DNA from: the human T2T-CHM13v2.0 reference genome, Homo sapiens
Strand: one strand, 5' to 3'
DNA length: 64,000 bases
Assembly (NCBI RefSeq): GCF_009914755.1
Contig: NC_060929.1
The notes beneath the pieces are model-generated. The model searched no databases. It was not told the origin of the DNA and saw only the letters and a program-made list of their open reading frames with translations. Positions 1 to 17,200 of this stretch are shown here, piece by piece. Position 1 is the stretch's first letter, and each line of letters starts with the position of its first letter. The translations under genes were made by a program, and so were the position numbers.

Positions 1-63
1 TAGCCCTCCATACTCAAGTCTGTGGCCAATGTCACACGGACAAGGATAAGCTTCGTTAGCCAT
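1..63 (-). CDS. CMBL: CMBL (carboxymethylenebutenolidase homolog) first coding exon, 5' part; continues beyond the left edge
   Basis: Reverse complement of 63..1 reads ATG GCT AAC GAA GCT TAT CCT TGT CCG TGT GAC ATT GGC CAC AGA CTT GAG TAT GGA GGG CTA = MANEAYPCPCDIGHRLEYGGL, the N-terminus of human CMBL. It is missed by the ORF track because it is truncated. Confidence 0.97.
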   Translation of the reverse strand, partial: MANEAYPCPCDIGHRLEYGGL

Positions 64-82
64 TGCAGAGATTTAAGTCGGG
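64..82 (-). other. CMBL: CMBL exon 2 5'UTR (19 nt) with 3' splice site
   Basis: Minus strand tttctctctccatag|CCCGACTTAAATCTCTGCA-ATG: pyrimidine tract and AG acceptor at 84-83. Confidence 0.9.
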
Positions 83-681
83 CTATGGAGAGAGAAACAT
101 GCGTTATATTCTGAATGCTGCAAATCTAAAGGCTATAAATGGTAAGTAAACCTCAAATCAAGATTATAGAAAAAAATTCATTTTAGCTACATCTATGGTA
201 TTATGTGAGAAACCAATGGTAACTTCTGGTTCTGGCAACACTGCAGAGTAAGGCTATAGACACTAGAAATGCCGGATTGAATAACAACAAAACAACAAAA
301 AATAGCGATGAAAGAACTCACAGGGAAAAGGGACTCTTCAGGGGGCAGGATCGGAGAGGAAACAGAAAGCCAGAGTGAGGGTGACACCCACAGATGCTGA
401 CGGGGCCCAGTGATGCTGGGGGACAGGACCCGACTCAGGAGCACACCCTAACAGTCGGGTGCTTAGGATTTTGTGTCGACGTGTAGAAAGAGCCATCGAA
501 GCACATGAGACGGGAATTTGTAAGAGACCCACGCCTGCAATGTCGAGCCCCAAAGGTTCATGTCTCACGGAAGGGGGCCAAAGCAAAAGGAGAAGAGCTC
601 CATCCGCCAGGCTCAGGTGTGTGCGAAGAAACCCATCTCCGTCTAGATTCTGAGTGGAAGGGAAAAAAGAAAGCAATCCTC

Positions 682-1051
<370 letters not shown>

Positions 1052-1341
1052 TTAACACAATTGACTCTGGGCCAGTGAACTGCCTGGAACACCAGGCAGA
1101 GGCAAATGCAAATCCACTTTACCACAAGACTTCCACAATCCAGGCCAAAAATACGACCCGCTGAAGAGCAGCTCATCAGGAAAACCTATACACAAGGAGG
1201 CGATCCAAATAAACAAGAATCAGCAGACACAACACCCTGGAGGAATTTACAGTGGGAATGGGGTTTGAAATTCACCTAGAAACACTTGGTGAATCAAACT
1301 GGAAAACAGGAAGGAATTAGGAAATTAAAAACCTGTTCATT

Positions 1342-1449
1342 AAAAAGCAGGAAATGAGGCGGCGAAAGTGGGAGTAGTAGAACAAGGAATTTGATTTGTA
1401 AATGACTGTGAACAATCAACTGAGATAACTCACCGCCATCAGGCCTGCC
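1342..1449 (-). pseudogene. Diverged Y1 RNA (RNY1-like) retropseudogene
   Basis: Minus strand GGCAGGCCTGATGGCGGTGAGTTATCTCAGTTGATTGTTCACAGTCATTTACAAATCAAATTCCTTGTTCTACT... aligns with hY1 (GGCTGGTCCGAAGGTAGTGAGTTATCTCAATTGATTGTTCACAGTCAGTTACAGATCGAACTCCTTGTTCTACT) and ends in a T-run. Confidence 0.88.
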
Positions 1450-1914
1450 TAAATTTAAATAAATGGAAACAGATTAAACTCACTAGCTGAGACAGATTCT
1501 CAACTTGGATTTTTTTTTGTTTTGTTTTTTGAGACAGGATCTTGCCCCGGCTGGAGTGCAGTGTCACAAACGGCTCACTGCAGCCTCGACCTCCTCCCTG
1601 GGCTCAACTAATCCTCCCACCTTAGCCTCCCAAGTAGCTGGGACTATGGCACACACCACCACAATCAGCTCCTTTTTTTAGAATAAAAATTTTATACAGA
1701 CAAGGTCTCATTATATTGTCCAGGTTGGTCTCAAACTCCTAGGCTCAAGCAATCATCCCACCTCACACTCCCAAAGTGCTAGGATTACAGGTGTGACCCA
1801 TCATGCCTGGTTCAAATTAGACTTTTTAAAAATTAAGGTTCCGGACCAGGCATGGTGGCTCACGCCTGTAATCCCAGCACTTTGGGAGGCCAAGGCAGGT
1901 GGATCACAAGTTCA

Positions 1915-2172
<258 letters not shown>

Positions 2173-2524
2173 CTAGGAACACTAAACCCAAAGACATATG
2201 TAATTCCCTTCATGAACAACTGGAGAACACAGTCTTTACAAGCAGATGTGAACTGCCTGCATATTAACCCACAATCAAAGTTTCAGTAAAGATTTTATAT
2301 AACAAATGCTATACAAATACAACGAAGAAATTATAATAAAACTCAAAAGATTTAGAACTGGATTACCATGTTACCATGAAAACACTACATAGCAAAACTT
2401 GATACAATCAATACAGCAGTAATTAGAGACATCTTTACAGCCTAGACTACATATACTTGAACAAGAGGAAAGAATAAAAGTAAGCTAAATATCAAGAAGT
2501 TAGAAGAAAAAAATAGAATGAAGC

Positions 2525-2848
2525 CTTAGTCCATTCAGGCTGTTATAACAAAATACAGTAAACTGGGTAGCTCATAAATGCAGAGGTTTATTTCTTACAG
2601 TCCTGGAGGCTGGGAAGTCGCAGTTCAAGGGACTGGCAGATGCAATGTTAGGTGAGGGTCCACTTTCTGGTTCATATGTGGTGCCCTCTCCTTGTGTCCT
2701 CACGGGGTAGAAGGAACTAGCTGGCTCTCTGGGGTCTCCATTATAAGGACATTCCCTATAGTAAGAGGTCTGCCCTCAGACCTAATCATTTTCCAAAGAC
2801 CCGACCTCCTGATACCATCACCTTGAGGGTTAGGATTTCAACATATGT
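2525..2848 (-). mobile_element. MLT1-family (MaLR) solo LTR within old L1 fragments
   Basis: CTTAGTCCATTCAGGCTGTTATAACAAAATAC...TTTCTTACAGTCCTGGAGGCTGGGAAGTC...GGTTAGGATTTCAACATATG, typical of antisense MLT1A/B. Confidence 0.8.
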
Positions 2849-3019
2849 TAAAACTAAAAAAAAGAGGTAAGAAACAAGAATAGCCACAATAACTGAAAGA
2901 AAATGAAGAAGGAGAAATTAATTTACCAAACAACAAAACCTATTAAAACAGTATGGTATTGCTGGATAGATGAATACATCAATAGAACAGACCAAAGACT
3001 CTAGAACCAGACTCATGTG

Positions 3020-4325
<1,306 letters not shown>

Positions 4326-4332
4326 GAGTATA

Positions 4333-5844
<1,512 letters not shown>

Positions 5845-6245
5845 TGATATTTAAACTTTAAGAATGAATGACATCCTTCAGGGAATAATGGTGGATGAAG
5901 AAAAGAGAAATCTAGAAGACTGAGCCCTGGGGTCCTTCAACACTAACACTTCAGGGAGATGGGAAGGAATCAGCGAGTGAGGAATGAGCCTGAGAAGGAA
6001 CAGCCAGTGACGGGGGAGGAAGACCCCAAGTGTGGTGTCCTGGACCCAAGTGAAGAATGGGTGTTGAGGGGAGAACAATGAATGCTGAGTGTTGCCCTCC
6101 GCGTTTGGCAAAGTGAAGGTCATTGGTGACCTCCACAAGGACAGGCTTGGACGAGGGCATGGGTGACAGCATAATCATAGTGGGCTTAAAAGAAACTGAG
6201 AGGAGACTGGGCGCGGTGGCTCACGCCTGTAATCCCAGCACTTTA

Positions 6246-6530
<285 letters not shown>

Positions 6531-9296
6531 CTAAAGAGAGTGAACACAGAAAACTCTTAGAAGACTTTTGACAGAAAAAGGAGCAAAGAGGCCGGGCGTG
6601 GTGGCTCACACCTGTAATCCCAGCACTTTGGGAGACGGAGGCAGGTGGATCACTTGAGGTCAGGAGTTCGACACCAGCCTGACCAACATGGGGAAACCCC
6701 GTCTCTACTAAAAATACAAAAATTAGCCAGGCAGGGTGGTGGATGCCTATTATCCCAGATACTTGGGAGGCTGAGGCAGGAGAATCGCTTGAACCGGGAA
6801 GCAGAGGTTAGAGTGAGCTGAGATCGCACCATTTCACTCCAGCCCGGACAAGAAGATCGAAACTCTATCTCAAAAAAAAAAAAAAAAAAGAGCAAAGAGA
6901 CTGTGCAAAAGATGGAGGGAAGACACAGGGATGAGCCTTTTTTTTTTAAAGTGGAAGAAATCTCAGCCTATTTGTACGTGGATGAGAATGATACCATAGA
7001 AAGGAAAACAAACAAAACACAATCAATGACCCCGGGAGAGAGGGAACTGGAGAGTGTGACAGGAGGGTCTGGCGCATAGCAGAGGAGCTGCCTTCTTTGG
7101 CAGCGTGGACAGTCCTCACGCACCCAAGGGAGGCTGAGGACGTGGACACAGACACAGGTGGTGGTGGGTGTGGGGCGGGAGAGTGTGGATGCTCCCTGTT
7201 GGCATCTGTTTGCTCACAGAACTGAGAAGCAGAGTCAGCAGCTCAGGGTGAGAGGCGGGACGAGGGCTGGGGAGAGGATAAGCAGGAAAACAGGGGACCA
7301 GCGAGAAGTACGTATGGCTGTTTCCTCCAGCCAGGTCCAGCAGTGGGAACAGGCGAAGAGCAGGCGCAGAGCAGGCAGAGAGAGGGGGTCAGATACAATG
7401 GGCTCTGTAGTCATGAGAGGGGGCAGGAGGGACCTGTGGGGGGAGGAGGGACTGGCCATCAATGGGGCACGGCTGCAGCACTGAGCTACCCAGGTAAGAA
7501 AACAAATCACCATGGATCCCCACATACCCCAGTGCGTGGCTAGAAATCTAAGTAGGAAAGGCGAAATTTCAACAATCAGAAGGAAATACTGAATACTTTT
7601 TTCTTGTACTTTGGAATAAGGCAGAATTTCTTAAATTTGACCCAAAAAACATAAACCATAAAGAAAAGGATTATAAATCCCATTTCATGGTAACCAATTT
7701 AAAAAAAAAGGAAAGACAACTGCAGAAAACTGAATACTAAGTGGATATTTGATGAAATTGCAAATTATTGTGAATTTTGGCAGGGGAAGATGATGGCATT
7801 GCAGCCATGTGTTTTTGAGTCCTTGTCTTTCATAGATGCATCATGATATCATGATGTACCCACAGATGACATGACCAGAGGTCTGGGATTTACTTCAGAA
7901 TAGCCCCATTTGGGCTGAGTGCGGTGGCTCACACCTGTAATCCCAGCACTCTGGGAGGCCAAGGCTGGTGGATCACCTGAGGTCAGGAGTTCGAGAGCAG
8001 CCTGGCCAACATGGCAAAACCCCGTTTCTACTAAAAATACAAAAATTAGCCAGGCATGGTGGTGAGCGCCTGTAATCCCAGCTACTCCGGAGGCTGAGGC
8101 ATGAGAATCACTGGAATCCAGGAGGCAAAGGCTGCAGTCAGACGAGATCGCGCCACTGCACTCCAGCCTGGGCGACAGAGCAAGACTCCATCTCAAAAAA
8201 CAAACAAACAAAAACCCAAAATAGCTCCATGTGGGGTAGGGTGGACAAGGTGTCCACGTGCTGATGGTGGTGCAGCTGGAGTGTCCTGTGTACTAATCTC
8301 TCTACTTTTATATATGCTTGAGATTTTCCATGACAAAAAGCTCTTAAAATTGCATTAATAAGATAGTAACTAAGATGAAAGATTAATAAGATAATGATTA
8401 ACATTAATATCAAGATAAAAGTCTCCATAAACAAAGTGAGAAAACAAGATAGACTAGGAGAAGGTATTATTTTAGGAACAGAGGACTTAGTGTCTAGATA
8501 AAATATATAAAGAATTCTTATAAGTCACCAAGAAAAAGACAACCCAATAGAAAAATTCATATGAATGGGCAATTTACAAAAAAGTACACCTGAATGGCCC
8601 ATAAACATATGAACAGATATTCAACCTCACTGTTCTTAAGGAAACTATAATAAAAACAAGAATGAAATACTATTTTCCATCTTGCAGATTGGCAAAAGTC
8701 TGTTAACACAGAGATGATGGTACACTTGTAGGGAAATGGGAGGGCATGTGAAATGATACAAACCCTGGAAGGAGTCTAGCAAAGTTAAAGAAGCAGATGC
8801 CCCGCACCCTAGATATCCCACCACTAGATGTTTCCCTAGAGAAATTCATGTCACATGTGGTGGGACATGGTGGCTCATGCCTGTAATCCCAGCACTTTGG
8901 GAGGCCAAGGCCGGGGGGATCATTTGAGCCCAGGAGTTCGAGACCATCCTGGGCAACATGGTAAAACCCCATCTCTCCAAAAAAAAAAAAAAGCAGAAAA
9001 ATTAGCCAGGCATGGTGGTGTGTGCACCTGTGGTCCCAGCTACTCAGGAGGCTGAGGTGGAAGGATTGCTTGAGCCCAGGAGGTCAAGACTGCACCACTG
9101 CACTCCAGGCTTGGTGTTAAGAGTGAGACCCTATCTAAAAAAAAGAGAGAGAGAGAGAGAAATTTGCACATGCCCACACAGGCACATGCAGTGATTATGG
9201 AAAAATGTTCTTGGCACCACTAATATGATGACAACACCTGGAACCAATCTAATTGACCATCAACAGGAGAATGAATAAACTGTAATTTATTGATTG

Positions 9297-9745
9297 ATGT
9301 AGGTTGAATTGTATTCCCCCAAAATACATGTTTAAGTCCTATCCCCCACTCCCCGTGCATGTGACCTTAACTAGACACAGGGTCCTTGCAGATGTCCTGT
9401 AGTTAAGATGAGGTCATACTGGAGTACAGTAGACCATAAATCCAATGACTGGTGTCCTTCTAAGGAGGGGAAAACGTGGACAAAGACACAACAGACGCAC
9501 AGAAGAGAAGGCCGTGTGAAGATGGAGGTGGAGATGGGAAGGATGCACCTGCAAGCCAAGGATTGCTGGCCCCCCACCAGACGCTGGAATAGGCAAGGAA
9601 GGGCTCTCCTTTACAGGTTTCAGAAAGAGCAGAGCCCTGCTGACACTTTCAATTTGGACTCCTGGCCTCCAGAACTATGAGGCACTGTGTTGCTTTAAGT
9701 CACCCAGTATCTGGTAATGTTATGGCAGCCCTAGAAAACAAATAC
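9297..9745 (+). mobile_element. MLT1B/C solo LTR
   Basis: TGTAGGTTGAATTGTATTCCCCCAAAA...GGGTCCTTGCAGATG...GGACTCCTGGCCTCCAGAACTATGAG...GGCAGCCCTAGAAAACAAATACA. Confidence 0.82.
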
Positions 9746-10820
9746 ATTCATAAAAAGAATATTACACAACAGTTCGATGAACAGGCTGCACCTGTAATTT
9801 ATCAATATAATAAATCTCCAGACCCGCATGGTGGCTCAGGCCTGTAATCCCAGCACTTTGAGAGGTCGAGGCATGGTCATAGCTTGAGGCCAGGAGTATG
9901 AGACCAGCATGAGCAACATAGGGAGACCCCGTCTCTACAAAAAAATTTTTTTAATTAGCCGGGCATGGTGGCATGCACCTGTAGTCCCAGCTACTCAGAA
10001 GACTGAAAGGAGGATCACTTGAACCCAAGAATTCAAGGCTGCAGTAAGCTATGATCATGCCACTACACTCCAGTCTGGGCAACAAAGAGAGACATTTTTA
10101 TTTTTATTTTTATTTATTTATTTTTTATATATTTATTTATATATATTTATATTTTTTATATATTTATTTTTATTTAAAAATAGAAATACAAAACTTGAAA
10201 AATCTCAAAGACATAATGCTATGTAAAAAGACATAGCATTTTGATTCTAAATAACAACCAAAAAACATACATTTTGATGCTAAATAAATAACAACCAAAA
10301 ATATACATTTTATTCATAAATATACTGTAGGAAAAGTATCACGCATGAGAATGAATTATCACCATTAGGACAATTGGTTACCGGGAAGAGAGGGGAGAAA
10401 AAATGGAGATCGTGGGCTTTATTATGTTTTATTTCCCTAAAAAGTTTTGATTTGAAGTATATAGGGCAAAAGGGTATTATCTTTCAAATATGGGTGATGT
10501 GAAAGGGTGGCTGTTATATAATTCCCTTCACATTACTGAATATTCTTAGTGTTTCATAATTAGAAATAAAGTAATTAGATTTTGAGAAGAAAGAAATTAA
10601 TAACTAGTTATCCAATCAAGGACAACTGGACTGTAGTTTTCTTGGTTTGGTTTTCATAAGCTACATTATAGAACTATAATTAGTAAGACTCAATAATTCA
10701 ACATTGTCATTTGACACCATTTCAGAAAAACTCTCAAGCCATGTTTCCCTCTGCTCTCACAATACAGCGATCATCAACACCATGACCAAAGGTAAGGGGT
10801 GGGGGCGCGTGGGGCAGTGA

Positions 10821-11126
<306 letters not shown>

Positions 11127-11550
11127 TGACTTCTTATCTGGGCTGACTTCTTATCTGGGCTGTTTGTTGGCTATGAGGACCTAGGGATCACAGAAAATCC
11201 TGGCCATTCCAGGAAGCCTCTAATCTGAATGTTTTTACTTTATTTTCAGTTGACATCCATTTTGCAAAAGGAATGCTTACAGCCAGGCGAGCAGCCCTCT
11301 AGGCTGATCCTGCAAGGTTATTCTCCTACAGGAGACGCCCGTGTGTGTCGAAGGCTGGACTCCTGCCCAGACCCTCCACGTGGGCACAGCAGCCAGGCCA
11401 CGCCTTGTGCCAGGGGCCAAGTCCACAATGGGCAGGGCGAACAGTTTCTACCCTGGCAAGTCTCAGGGAACATACCCTTGACTCTCAACTAACTGTACTA
11501 TATTTTCTGTATATACCTTTCAGGATTTTAGCTTCCTCCTGCAAATGCAC

Positions 11551-12723
11551 TGTAAACCAAAAATAAAATTCCAAGCATCCCAACTAACTGAATGGACCTC
11601 TCCTCTTGGCCAAGGCGATTCCAAAGAAACCTGTAAAACTAATTCAGGCCATGACAGGAAGGAGGGGCTAGGCTCAGTGGCTCATGCCTATAATTCAGCA
11701 CATTGGAAGGCCAAGGCTGGTGGATCACTTGAGGCAAGGATCCAAGACCAGCCTGGCCAACATGGCAAAACCTTGTCTCTACTAAAAAAAAAAAAAAAAA
11801 ATTAGCCAGGCATGGTGGTGCATACCTGTAATCCCAGCTACTTGGGCGGCTGAGGCAGGAGAATCGCTTGAACCCAGGAGGTTGCAGCGAGACTCTGTCT
11901 CAAAAAAAAAAAAAAGACAGGAAGGAGGAGTCCAACATACCTCATTATTCCCTCCTCCATTGAAGTTCAGGCACAAATGACCAGCATTAACATTCAAACA
12001 GAGGTCTCAAGACTGACGAAACAGACTTTTTGTAGAAATAAGGTATGAAATTCCAACCTGACTCAAATACAGCATCCAAGGATATAGACAGCAGGCCCTG
12101 AAACAAATCAAGTATTTTACCCCAAAATATTTTTGACATATTTTGAAAGGGCCCTGCAAAGCTATCTCTTGTAGGGGAAACTTACATTCTGTAGAGAATC
12201 CCCTTCCCTTTCCAGGTCTCTTTCTGATCCTGAAAAGATTACCTGAGAGTCTGGCAGCTTTTAAAGGTCTGAACAGAAAACATTTGCTATCTATTGCCTC
12301 TAAGGGTAGCCATCTATGAGACTTCACCTACATAATAAGAACTTTGGTCTCCCAAACCTCTTATCTTAACCCAGACCCTCCTTTCTATTGATTCCAGGTC
12401 TTTCATTATTAATTTAACTCTTTCAACCAAGCACCAATCAGAAAACCTTTGAATCCCCCTGTGACCTGTAAGCTACCACCCTGACCCTGCCATCCCCGAT
12501 CTTTGAGTTGTCCCACCTTTCCAGACTGAACCAATGTATACCTCACATGTATTGATCGAGTTCCTATGTCTCCCTAAATGTATAAAACCAAGCTGTAACT
12601 CAGCCACCTTGGGCACATGTTCTCAGGCCCTCTGGGGGCTGTGTCATGGGTCATGGTCCTCACATTTGGCTCAGAATAAACCTCTTCAAACATTTTACAG
12701 AGTTTGACTTCCTTCTGTCAACA
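11551..12723 (+). mobile_element. MER4-family (ERV1) solo LTR containing an Alu
   Basis: TGTAAACCAAAAATAAAATTCCAAGC...; TATAAAACCAAGCTGTAAC; AATAAACCTCTTCAAACATTTTACAGAGTTTGAC...GTCAACA end. Confidence 0.8.
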
Positions 12724-12899
12724 ACACATGTATTTATTAAAAGATAATTTTCAGAAAGAAGTAAAACCATCACTCTTCAACAGATATAAAAACAAACAAC
12801 ATTGAGGATTGTACTCTACTTGAACGACAGGAAAAAACTAACAGATGTTCTAACAGGCTTGAAGGAAAATCAAAAGAGCACAAATGCAGCACTGGAAAG

Positions 12900-13926
12900 T
12901 GTAAACTAAAAACTCTAAGCCCCCAACCAACTGACTGGATCATCTCTTCACCAAGGAGACCCCAGAATAACCTTAAAAACTGAGTTATTGGCCATACAAC
13001 TCAGTTATATAGTTATGGGTTGGGGGATCACACACCTCTCATTATCCGCTCCTGACTCACTAATCACCATGAGGCTTTCTTTTCTAAAGGCTAAACAGAA
13101 ACTAGCCTCTTCAAACAACCCCACACTGATATCACCCAGCCGCATGACACTGCCCTCCTTTTTGCCTGATAACAAAACACCAACCATGACATGGTTCTGG
13201 CCTGTCTACAGAGGGTGCACAGTAAGGATTTTTGTGTCCTCTGCTTCAGCTTTTAACAACAGAGGGCCAAAAATACCACCCTTGGATCATGCTAACGCAG
13301 TCATTTTTTGAACATGGCTCCCATGAAGAGGCAAAAAGCTCAATTGCCCACGTACACGGTTCTCCTTCAAAAATATTCATGGCTGAGAACAGTGGCTCAT
13401 GCCTATACTCCCAACACTTTGGGAGGCCAAGACAGGAGGATCACTTGAGTCCAGGAGTTCAAGACCTGCCTGGGCAACACAGGGAGACCCCATCTCTACA
13501 AAAAAAAAAAAAATTAGAAAATTAGCCAGGCTTGGTGGCACACACCTGTGGTCCCAGCCTTTTAGGAGGCTGAGCTAGGAGGAGCACTTGGGCCCAGGAG
13601 GTCAAGACTGCAGTGAGCCAATGATCATGCCACTGCACTCCAGCCTGGGGGAGTGAATGAAACCCTGTCTCAAAAGTATTAGCTAATCCATTATTTTAAA
13701 AATTCATAACCCCTCCTATAGCTTATTGAATCTGTGTGTTTGGCCACACTGTTCAGCACAGATCCCTGTACTATTCTTCCCACACTGGAAGGGTCTGTTT
13801 CCAGCTTCTGGCCAGAGACTACACTTCCCAGCCTGTCAGAATGGCCGCTTTGCGGGCTGCAACACTTTATGAGAAATAAAGCTCTCTTTTTCCAAATTTA
13901 TGAAACTCATCATTCTTTAGTTGACA
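12900..13926 (+). mobile_element. MER50-like ERV1 solo LTR containing an AluJ
   Basis: TGTAAACTAAAAACTCTAAGCCCCCAACC start and GAGAAATAAAGCTCTC...CATCATTCTTTAGTTGACA end. Homologous to the inverted copy at 28358-29118. Confidence 0.72.
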
Positions 13927-14625
13927 AAAGAAATGTTGAGATGAATTGCAAATGAAGACAAAATATCTTTTTGGCCAAACGCAGTGGCTCACACCTGTAA
14001 TCCCAGCACTTTGGGAAGCTGAGGCAAGAGGATTGCTTGAGGCTGGGAGTTAGAGACCAGCCTAGACAACATGTTTTTTTTTTAACTTTTTTCCACAGGA
14101 GGGGAAAGAGTCCATTAATTCTGCATGGAAACGGGATAGAATTTACAGATCTATCAGATCTGCCACTTACTCCTAAAAATGGCTCAAGTACAATGAATGG
14201 AGCTGGAATCAGACAGCCCACAGGGCGTGCTATAGACATGGGTACTTTTCCACTGAGGCACTTTTTACAAATGATGAGGTCCTTTATTGTGAGTAAGAAG
14301 GTTTCCTTTTCCTCCTGTGCTGGGGCAGGACTGTGTGTCTGAGATGCATGACAGAGTCCTCGTTACACATGCTGTCAATAAAGGCTTTTCTGTATCATGG
14401 CAGATGTGTTTGGGGCCACCTTCTGGTCATCCCCAGGTCAGTTCTGTGGTCTCCACTGGTGACGTCTCTGGAAATCAGGACGCTTTTCCTAGCTCTGTGG
14501 AGTGCCCTGCAGGACACCCTGGTGGCCATGTTCGTCGGCAATGCCCACACTGGCCACCACCAGCACAAATGCATGATTCCCCATAGACATTGCTGCAAGG
14601 TGCTGCATATGTGTGAATGACTTCT

Positions 14626-15232
<607 letters not shown>

Positions 15233-15635
15233 CAAGGCACTCCTTTACTCCGTATACATTTGCACTTCTTGACTTCTTTTTTGAACCAGTTACAACATCT
15301 GCCTATTTCTCTCTTTAATGAATAAAATAAAATATTTATCACTTTTATATCTGTATAAAAGTCACGATTTCACCTTTGGCTGAAAATTATCTTTTAACAA
15401 TGTAATCAAACATTCCCTTTCTAACACTGGCAGTCAGACAGGTAAGAGAGGTGATAAAGTATGGTGAGGGTGTGGTTTTCCTGATTTCACGCCCTAAGGA
15501 TTCAAATAACTCACAAGTCAGACTTCCAGGCACAACGCAGTTCTCCAACAGAAATAGAGAAAACAGATTTTGACAAGCAAAAGGGACTGGTGCAGTTGGG
15601 ATTATAACAAGCAGGGAAGTCTAGGAATACATCTC

Positions 15636-15772
15636 CAGCCTCCTGGGAGAGCCTGAGCCCGGAGGGGGCAGAGAGGAGGAGGAGGGAGGTCTGGGGGAAG
15701 AGAGGTCTGCAAAGTAGGGGAAGGGAAGGCCAGGAGGGAGGGAGGCGCAGCGGGGAGGAGAGGAGAGAAGGG
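15636..15772 (+). repeat. Local diverged duplicate of CMBL promoter/exon-1 segment 17071-17212
   Basis: AGCCTCCTGGGAGAGCC...GGGGGAAGAGA..TCTGCAAAGT.GGGGAAGGGAAGG...GGAGGCGCAG.GGGGAGGAGA.GAGAGAAGGGAGG occurs at both positions. The copy is flanked by AGGAATACAT repeats. Confidence 0.92.
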
Positions 15773-16799
15773 AGGAATACATTTCTGGAAGCTTTAGAAA
15801 TTTAGAAATAGAAACCACGTGGAAGTGCATCCAGGGCTCAGGGTTACAGAGGACCCCAAGACAACACAGGAAAGTGGGGTCTAATGGGAAAGGCAGGAGG
15901 TTTCTCCTTTACTGCTTAAACATTGTAGGAACTTGCATGGCAAGTGATTTTCAATCTTGCAGCAGGGAAGGCAGGGCCAGTACTTATCCTTAGATGATTC
16001 TACAAACATCAAACTTCTCCAAATATTTATTTTTCAGCAGCCATGCTTGTATTTTCCAAGTGTCTATGGTCGAGATAGCATGAATTAGGAAGCTACCTGG
16101 ATGAGCCCACAATGGCCCTCTTAGACATGCCAACGACGCCCCTGCAGAATCTGCTTTTTCTCTGGCTGTTCCTAGGCCTGGATAGGGTTCCCAGGCCTGG
16201 ACAGGATTCCCCGGATACCGGCGAGGCTCATTACTAACCACTTTATTTTAAATGGGCTTTGAAAACAACAGGTGGCATCTTCCATCAGCAAGTGGACATA
16301 AATCTCAGTGCCCAGTGTTTCCAAGGCCTGCCCGACCCACATGGCTGTGGGGTGTAAACTGTCCAGTCGTTCCTGGCACACCTACCCAGCATTTAGGATG
16401 TCCCACTCTTAGATCCATAGACCCAGCACCTCTCTTCTTAATACCCACCCTAAAGAAAAGCTGTCGAATGTGGATGCTGATTTAGTTGCAAATATGCTCA
16501 GTTTTTTAATAGTTTTATATTAGTAAAAACGCTACAACCAGAATGTCTCACTGCAGGAAGAGAGTTACAAGGAGTATTTAACGGCATGGTGGAAAGGCTC
16601 CTCCGTGCTAAATGGCCAAAACGAACGCAAGTTTGCATACGGTGTGATTTCCACTATGTCTTTAAAATGCATGGCGAAACACCTACAGGAAAATACCAAA
16701 ATGTAAACAGCGGCTGCTTCGGACGCATGGGATCGTGGAGGCTGCTGTTCTGCAAGGACAACGTATCACTTTTATGAAAGTCAGCTTCTGAAAACGGAC

Positions 16800-17120
16800 T
16801 ATGGGAAGTTCCTTACCCGTGCACGCGGCAAAGACCTTCTTTGCCATAGTCAGAACACACGCGGGAGTTCAGAGGAGCGGGGCCCGGGCTTGTGTGGGCT
16901 TGTGTGCCCCGGGGACGCGCACGTACCTTGTCCCGCGGCCTGAGACTGCGCTGCACCGCGCGGAGGCCGAACCCAGAGGAGGCGGCGTGGCGCCGGGCGG
17001 GGACGCGAGAGGGACGTGGACGCGGCGACCGAGGACGCGGGGATCCTGCGGGACCAGTGGCTCCAGTCGTAGCCTCCTGGGAGAGCCAAGCCCGGAGGGG
17101 GCGGAGAGGTGGAGGAGGGA
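16800..17120. promoter_or_regulatory. CMBL: CpG island at the CMBL promoter/exon 1
   Basis: Dense CpG, high GC, non-repeat sequence lying upstream of CMBL exon 2 on the minus strand. Confidence 0.85.
16886..16905. promoter_or_regulatory. Candidate p53 response element
   Basis: GGGCTTGTGT GGGCTTGTGT: two RRRCWWGYYY half-sites, zero spacer, one mismatch each, intact CWWG cores. Confidence 0.6.
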
Positions 17121-17200
17121 GGCCTGGGGGAAGAGAAATCTGCAAAGTCGGGGAAGGGAAGGAAGGCCAGGAGGGAGGGAGGCGCAGTGGGGAGGAGACG
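16927..17200 (-). other. CMBL: CMBL non-coding exon 1 (5' end approximate)
   Basis: Minus-strand donor GGGACAAG|GTACGT (GT at 16926-16925) inside the CpG island. CMBL has an untranslated first exon. The TSS cannot be fixed from sequence alone. Confidence 0.75.
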
